DNA of 64,000 nucleotides from an uncultured Acidobacteriota bacterium (GTDB lineage Bacteria; Acidobacteriota; Polarisedimenticolia; J045): NCBI GenBank assembly GCA_963702425.1, contig CAVPCQ010000032.1, positions 1 to 64,000 of the forward strand, read 5' to 3'. Shown piece by piece: positions 58,227 to 64,000 of this stretch (position 1 is its first letter; each line of letters starts with the position of its first letter). The notes under the pieces were generated by a model. It saw only the letters and a program-made list of their open reading frames with translations, ran no database searches and was not told where the DNA came from. The position numbers and the translations under genes were made by a program.

Positions 58227-59300
58227 CTACGCCTGCAAGGCCGCCGCCACGAGCGGGCGAGCGGCGATCAGCGCGATGGGAATCCCCTCGTTGTAGGCCG
58301 GCTTCGGTTCCTTCGGGTCCCCCGAGTGATGGAGCGCGATCAGCCCGAAATCGCCGTCGAAGACCGGAGACCCCGAGGAGCCCGGCTCGGTCGGCACCGT
58401 GTAGCGCAGGCGCCTTCCGCCGCCCGTGACCTCGAGCGTTTCCTCCATCCCGAGGGCGAGCTTCATCGGGAGCGTCTTCGGGTGCTGCAGGATGGCGACG
58501 ACCCGCTTGGCCGGGTAGTCGACGGGCCCCGAGGGGACCGGCACCCATCCGCGCGCCTCCTCGGCACTCGAACCCTTGCCGACCGGCTCGGCCCCCACCG
58601 ACTCCGCGAGCCGCAGGAGCGCGTAGTCGAGCTCTCCTTCCGCCGGGTCGTGGGGCTTGGGATCGGCTACACCGTCGACGTCGCTCGGCGGGGCCGCGTC
58701 CACCTTCCATTCGGAGGCGAGCGTCACGACACGGCCCATCGAGATCACGCTGCCCGTCTCGGAGAGCTTGTGGTCGAAGCGGCACGACCAGCTCGACGCG
58801 AGCGACGAGCCACCGAGGAGGTCGTCCACCACGTGGTAGTTCGTGAGCACGAGATCCGCCCCGACGAGGAAGCCCGTCCCGCGGCCTTCGCCGTTGCGGT
58901 CGACCCGGCAGACGCGCCACTCGGCGCGCGTCAGCTCGGCGCGCCACTTCGCGACGTCGAGGAAGGTCGCGTTGCCGCTCACGACCTTCTCGAGCGTCGA
59001 CGTCTTGACCGCCGCGGCGGAGGAGAGTCCGACCAGGGCGGCGAAGTCCTGGAGGGCGGGGTTGCCGGAGTTCTGGTTGCGCCCCCCGCTCACGATCTCG
59101 GCGAGCCGCCCGTGCGCCTCGGCCCACGCGATGAGATCGAAGGCGTTCTGCTCGAGGCTTTCGCTCTGTGCCGTGATCGTGGCGAGGTTCTGGTCGAGCT
59201 GGTCGGAGACCATGCGCCGGAGCTCGCTCGCGCTCGGAAAAGCCGCGAGGAGCGCCTGGCGCAGGTCTTTCTTCTGCATTCCGTTGAGCGTCAGAGGCAT
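58227..59300 (-). CDS. EAD1 domain plus trypsin-like protease
   Basis: LNGMQKKDLRQALLAAFP..L..I..LIAWAEAHG..N.GN EAD1 pattern; TLE|KVV; TNYHV, LDYA, TEPGSSGSP, ALHH. Confidence 0.88.
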   Translation of the reverse strand: MPLTLNGMQKKDLRQALLAAFPSASELRRMVSDQLDQNLATITAQSESLEQNAFDLIAWAEAHGRLAEIVSGGRNQNSGNPALQDFAALVGLSSAAAVKTSTLEKVVSGNATFLDVAKWRAELTRAEWRVCRVDRNGEGRGTGFLVGADLVLTNYHVVDDLLGGSSLASSWSCRFDHKLSETGSVISMGRVVTLASEWKVDAAPPSDVDGVADPKPHDPAEGELDYALLRLAESVGAEPVGKGSSAEEARGWVPVPSGPVDYPAKRVVAILQHPKTLPMKLALGMEETLEVTGGGRRLRYTVPTEPGSSGSPVFDGDFGLIALHHSGDPKEPKPAYNEGIPIALIAARPLVAAALQA

Positions 59301-59371
59301 GCGTCGTGCTCGGCGGAGGGTTGAGCCTAACACGGGAAGGCCGGTGCGCACCGCGAGCGGCTGTCCCCCGC

Positions 59372-62300
59372 CTACTTCTTCTTCTTCTTCTGCGGGCGGC
59401 GAGGGCTGCGGATGGGATCGACCGGCGTCACGGGGCGCGTCGGTCGATCGGGCGGTTGAACGATCCGGTCGAGGTGGGTGCGGACTCCCTCGACCTCGCG
59501 GCGCAGGCCGGCGATCTGCTCGTCGCGCTCGGCAAGCAGCTTCCGGTAGCCCACGTCCATGTCCTCCAGCCGGCGCGTGAGCCGGCCGATGTCCGCGGCG
59601 GTGTCGGGACCCGTCGGCGGAGACGCCGGCGGCCCGACGGGCGCGGGACCAGGAGCGGGCCCAGCGGCCCCCGCGCCCGGTTCCTCTCCTGCTCGTGTGA
59701 AGAAGACCACCCGCCCGTCGCGCGTGAAGAGGTCCACCTCGTCCCCGGCCGCAACCGAGAGCGGGACTGCGCCGGCGCGAGCGAACACCGAGCGCGAGTG
59801 CGCCTCGTCCAGCTCGACGACGCGCCGCACGCGGACGCCGGAATCGGCGAGCGTCCGTCCGGCATCGGCGGGTGCGCGGTCGCGGATCTCGCCGTGCGCG
59901 AGCGGCTTCCGCTCGAGACCGGATCGGACCACACGGTCGGCGAGCGCCCGCCCCAGGAACACGCTGTTCATCGACGCGTACCCGGAGACGGCTTTGCCGA
60001 GGTCCTTCAGGTCGAGGGTCCGCGCGCGGAACGCCGCGCGGTTCACGGCGCGTGCCGAGGAGAAGTCGGCCTTCCCCGCGAAGTCCGCCGCCGTCCGGAC
60101 GAGGACGCTGCAGCAGAACTCCTCGACGGCCGCCGTCACGAGCGGGACGATCGGAACCGCCGAGAGCCAGTAGAGGAACTTCGGGAAGGTGACGACCTCC
60201 CGCCGGTGCTGGTGGCAGATCCGGAACACCCGCCGGCCGCGGATCTCGACGGTGGCGAGCAGCAGCTGGTCGTCCTCGCCGCAGGTCGGGCAGTCGACGA
60301 GCAGGTGATCGCAGGCGCAGTCCTTGAGGCGCTGGAGCAGGCGTGAGACGAGATCGCGGAGCACTCGCATCCAGGCCGCGCGGAACTCGTTCCAGGTCTT
60401 CCAGTCGAACCGCCGCTTGCCGATCAGGTAGTCCGGAGAGATCCGGGTGATCGTGCCGCTGCCGTGGTTGAAGGCCAGGACCGCCGCGTCGCGCCCGCCG
60501 ATGACCAGTCCCACCGGCGCGATCTGCAGCGGCGCCCGGTCGTCCGGGAGCAGTTGCGTGGTCTCCGGACCGGCCCAGGCGAGGACGTAGCCCTCCTCGA
60601 GCGCGATCGCGGTGACCGCACGGTCCGGGGTCGCGGCCAGCGTCACCCCGCCGTCGGTCCCCAACGGGACCAGCGCGAGCGGCTTTCCCTCGCGTGCGTC
60701 GAGCGTCAGGATCTCCTTGGCGCCCCCGGCGCCGGTGACGACCGCCTGGAGCACCGGAATCGGCAGACGTGCGCCCGCGACCTGGCTCTGGAGGACCTCG
60801 ATCGCATCGTTCCCCGAGCGGCGGACGCCCGCCGGATCGACGAGCGCGATCGCGCGCATCTCGCCCCGGGCCGCAATCGGCACCTCGAGCACCTGGTCGT
60901 AGGCCTCGACCGCCGCCCCCTTCTCCGCGGCCCCGGCGTAGACCGGCAGCTTGCTGCTGGCGCCGGGCGTTGCGAGGTGCCCCGTCGCGTTGAAGGAAGC
61001 GAAGGTCTCGAGGAACTGCGCCGCGGACGGGGCGCGCGGGTCGAAGCGCGCGATCCCCTCCCCCAGGACGAGCGCGAACGCCTCACGCGAGTCCGGGAAC
61101 GAGAACAGCCGCTCGACGCTCCGCGACGGGATCGTCACCCACTCGGCGGGCGCCGCGAGGTCGCCACCCTTGAACGTTGCGACCATCGACTGGCTGCCGC
61201 TCCTGGCGACAATGACCACGACCTCGCGAAGCGGGAGGACGTCGCGGACGGTCGCTCCCGCGGGGAGCGCGAGCGGGGTGTCCGCCACCGCCTCCCCCTT
61301 CTCGACGTCGAAGGTCATGACGTGCGCCCCGGACTCCCCGCCGAAGGCGTAGGCCAGCCGACCGTCGAACGAGAGCGCGAGCCGGCTCAGCGCCCCGTGC
61401 CCGTACCACGTCGCGATCCCGGTCTCCTCGGCAAACGGGTAATCGGGCGGCTTCGGCAGACCGTCGCGCAGGCCGCAGAAGGTCGGGCTGACGAGTTCCT
61501 TCGCCAGCGCCTCGTGGAGCCGGACCAGCCGCTCGTGCTCGTCACGGGAGAGGAAGACGTTGCGGCCGCTCGATTCGTTCGCGAGCTGGACCGACAGGTT
61601 GAGCGCGGCGATCCGATTGCGCGCGCCGTCCGCCACGACCGGCCCGCCCGCGGGCCGCTCCTCGCTCATCAGCTTGCGGAGCGTCTCCGAGAGCGGTTTG
61701 ACGCAGTCGTCGAGGACGTCGCCGAGCAGGGTCCCGTCGAGCACCCGCCGGAGGAAGTCGGTCTCGCCGGCCGGCTTCGCCACGACGTCGAGCGCGAACG
61801 AGCCGCCCGCCGCCGGGGTGAGCCGCACGGCGGCCTCGCCGTTGCCGTTGCCGTCGAGCAGTTGTTGCTGCACGGCCTCGCTCGACGATCGGCACCCGCT
61901 GCGGCGCGTTGACGAAGACGTCGGTCCCTTCGCAGGCGATCGCGTAGCCCTTCTCGACCCGGACGAATGAGCGATCGCCGTCGCACCGCACCTGCAGCCC
62001 GCAGACCACCCCCCAGCCGTGCAGCAGGCGGTTGTGGGTCTCGAGGCTGCCCGCTTCCGGAAGCTCCGTGAGCGGCGGGAAGATCCTCCGGCAGTCGCTC
62101 GCCTTGACCGCGCCACCCGAGCCCACCTCGACCACGCCCAGCAGGGCGTAGTGATGGCGAATCCCGAACGGCGGTTGCGGTGCGGGGAACGGCCATTCCA
62201 CCTTCGCGGTCGCGCTGCGCGCGGGGATCGTCCAGTAGTCGCCGGTGCGCAGCTCCCCCGCCCCGAAGCGGACCTGGACCCCGCTTTCGAGATCGATCCA

Positions 62301-63404
62301 GGTTCCGGTCGTCGCCGCGGTCAGCCCCGCCGGGCCCCAGCGCCGCACTTTCGGGTTGGTCTTGAAGTCGGCGAAGGCCACGGGGCCGGCCGGAATCGCG
62401 GTCGCCGGTTTGATCGTCACCTCGTCGCCCGCGGCGTGCGCGACCTGGACCATCACGCCCGGCTGGCCGGCCAGCTCGCGCTCGTCGTCGACCAGCTCGA
62501 TCCAGTCGTCCTGCGCGATGCGCTCGGTTTCGTCGCGGCCGATCGAGGCGACCCGGAGCCGATCGGAGGCGCTTCCCATCCCGAGCCAGCGGGTGACGAT
62601 CGCCCCGTTGTCGCGCGACCACTTGAAGCGCGCCTTGCCCGTTCCGTCGACGTCGTGGATCTCGACCCGGTAGAGCTGGTTCTCGGGCCCGCGGTATCCC
62701 CCCGCGGGCGACACGCTGCACGGGTTGGCCGGCGGCGGCAGCTCGACCGTCTTCGCCTCGAGCGTCCCGCGCTGCGGGGCCAGGAGCTTCGTCCATGCCT
62801 CAGGCCGGCTGTCGCAGCCCGATCCTGCCGGAACGGCGAGCATTCGGACCTGCGCGATCGTCTTGGTCCGGGTCGCGGTGTCGGGCCCGCCCGGCCCGAG
62901 TGCCGTCTCGCGCAGCAACGGATCGTCGAGCGCGGTGAGGTGCCGCTGCCAGACGTCGAGGTACGCGAAGTAGGTGCCCGCCGGCGGCGGGAACGCCACC
63001 TGCTTGCCATCGGCCAGCGTGACGAGCGTCGCCGTTTTCGCCGGCGGCAGGTCGGGCTGGACGTCGATCGCGACGATCCGCTCGTTCTCGGCCAGCACCC
63101 CGTCGACGTAGTAGCGCCCCGCGGAGACGAGCAGCGCCGCACCGGCGGGCGGGTTCGCATTGCCCGGGAGGGCCTTCTCGTCCGGCGTCAGCTCGGCCAC
63201 GCTCGCGACGAGGTGGAAGCCGGGTGCGTGCAGCGGCGCGCCGGACGGGCCGACGACGTCGACGGTCTCGGTCTCGATCCGGTGAGCGAGGATGTCGTGC
63301 TCCTCGTTCCAGTCCGCGTCGAGCAGGACCCTGCCCTGCTGGAGCCGCACGCTGCTGTACCGCCGTTCGGGACGGAACGTGAGTCGCGTGAAGTCGCCTT
63401 TCAT
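59372..63404 (-). CDS. DUF6519 family protein (contractile-injection/tail associated), frameshift near 61880
   Basis: MKGDFTRLTF..QQGRVLLDADWNE, GRYYVDG, YRGPENQLYRVEIH, GDYW.IPAR; continues in ORF 59372..62116. Confidence 0.85.
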
Positions 63405-63425
63405 GTGAGTCGCCCTCTCGTCGGT

Positions 63426-64000
63426 TCAGGTCACGAAGAAGAACCCGGCCTCGAGCCCGACGCGGAGGTACTCCGCGAGGCTCTGGCGCAGGTTCGACTC
63501 GCGTTGCGGCTGTTGCAGGAAGGAGTACGCGCCCATCTCGGATCCGTCCTCGGCTCCGGTCCGGATCTCCGGCGCCGAGCTGCTCGCGAGCTGCACGTAC
63601 GCGGCGTGGCCGTACTCGAGATTCTCGAACTGCGGAACGAGGCGGCCTTCGATCGCGTCGGCCTCCGCCGCGGTGAGATCGGTCCCCTTGGCCGCGGTTG
63701 CGGCCGCGAGCGCGAGGTCGGGCTGGCAGCGGAAACGACGGGGGGTGCGTGACCCCGCGGCGAGGTAGGAGAAGCGCGCGCAGCCGGTCTGGCGGCGCGC
63801 GGCGACGACGGGCGCGGTCGCGATCGAGTTCGAGATCGAGAGCGTCTTCGCGGTCGTGCTCCCGACGATCGTCACGCGCTCGAGGTCGAGCTGCTGCAGG
63901 GGGGCGTCGATCGCGACCCCGCCCTGCGCGTCGACGATGCTGTCCCGAACCGCGAGCGACGGCGCGGGCCCGGCGATCGCAACGCTGGCGACGACGGACC
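63426..64000 (-). CDS. baseplate/tail-associated protein, 3' part
   Basis: GCARFSYL..PRRFRCQP, GAEDGSEMG, EYLRVGLEAGFFFVT*; this type of C-terminus usually precedes DUF6519 genes. Confidence 0.75.
   Translation of the reverse strand, partial: SVVASVAIAGPAPSLAVRDSIVDAQGGVAIDAPLQQLDLERVTIVGSTTAKTLSISNSIATAPVVAARRQTGCARFSYLAAGSRTPRRFRCQPDLALAAATAAKGTDLTAAEADAIEGRLVPQFENLEYGHAAYVQLASSSAPEIRTGAEDGSEMGAYSFLQQPQRESNLRQSLAEYLRVGLEAGFFFVT

Noticed and set aside
63440-63460. GLE|AG at the end of the baseplate-like protein as another cascade site
   Set aside because: This terminus looks like the normal family ending; LE is common, so it is not counted.

Overview
GC-rich bacterial DNA, probably Acidobacteriota (inferred from the kinase-TolB-TPR, VWFA-related and TSP3-repeat gene types). 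No rRNA, tRNA or CRISPR array was seen. 1-16 kb holds secreted/envelope genes, a Ser/Thr kinase and a collapsed vapBC pair. 16.45-22.8 kb is a tightly coupled 8-gene ubiquitin-like conjugation operon: membrane serine protease, Ubl, E1, JAB, FHA membrane protein, RING-TM2 putative E3, GYF membrane protein and E2. Five of its products are membrane-anchored and three share a short hydrophobic-acidic motif. 32-59 kb is a protease-rich conflict island. It encodes five V8-like (predicted Glu-specific) proteases, two subtilases, a metalloprotease with a stand-alone prodomain copy, an NLR-like NB-ARC-TPR protein, TIR/pYEATS proteins, EAD1, a GH108 lysozyme, a patatin and a bacterial gasdermin. The adjacent protease, gasdermin and patatin all carry a small-residue linker followed by LE|AV, at the zymogen activation site or just before a short C-terminal tail. 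This suggests one Glu-specific cascade could unlock several effectors (inference). The right edge enters a contractile-injection-like (DUF6519) locus. About seven genes are split by small frameshifts, which are probably sequencing/assembly errors. All family assignments come from motif recognition by eye, not database searches.
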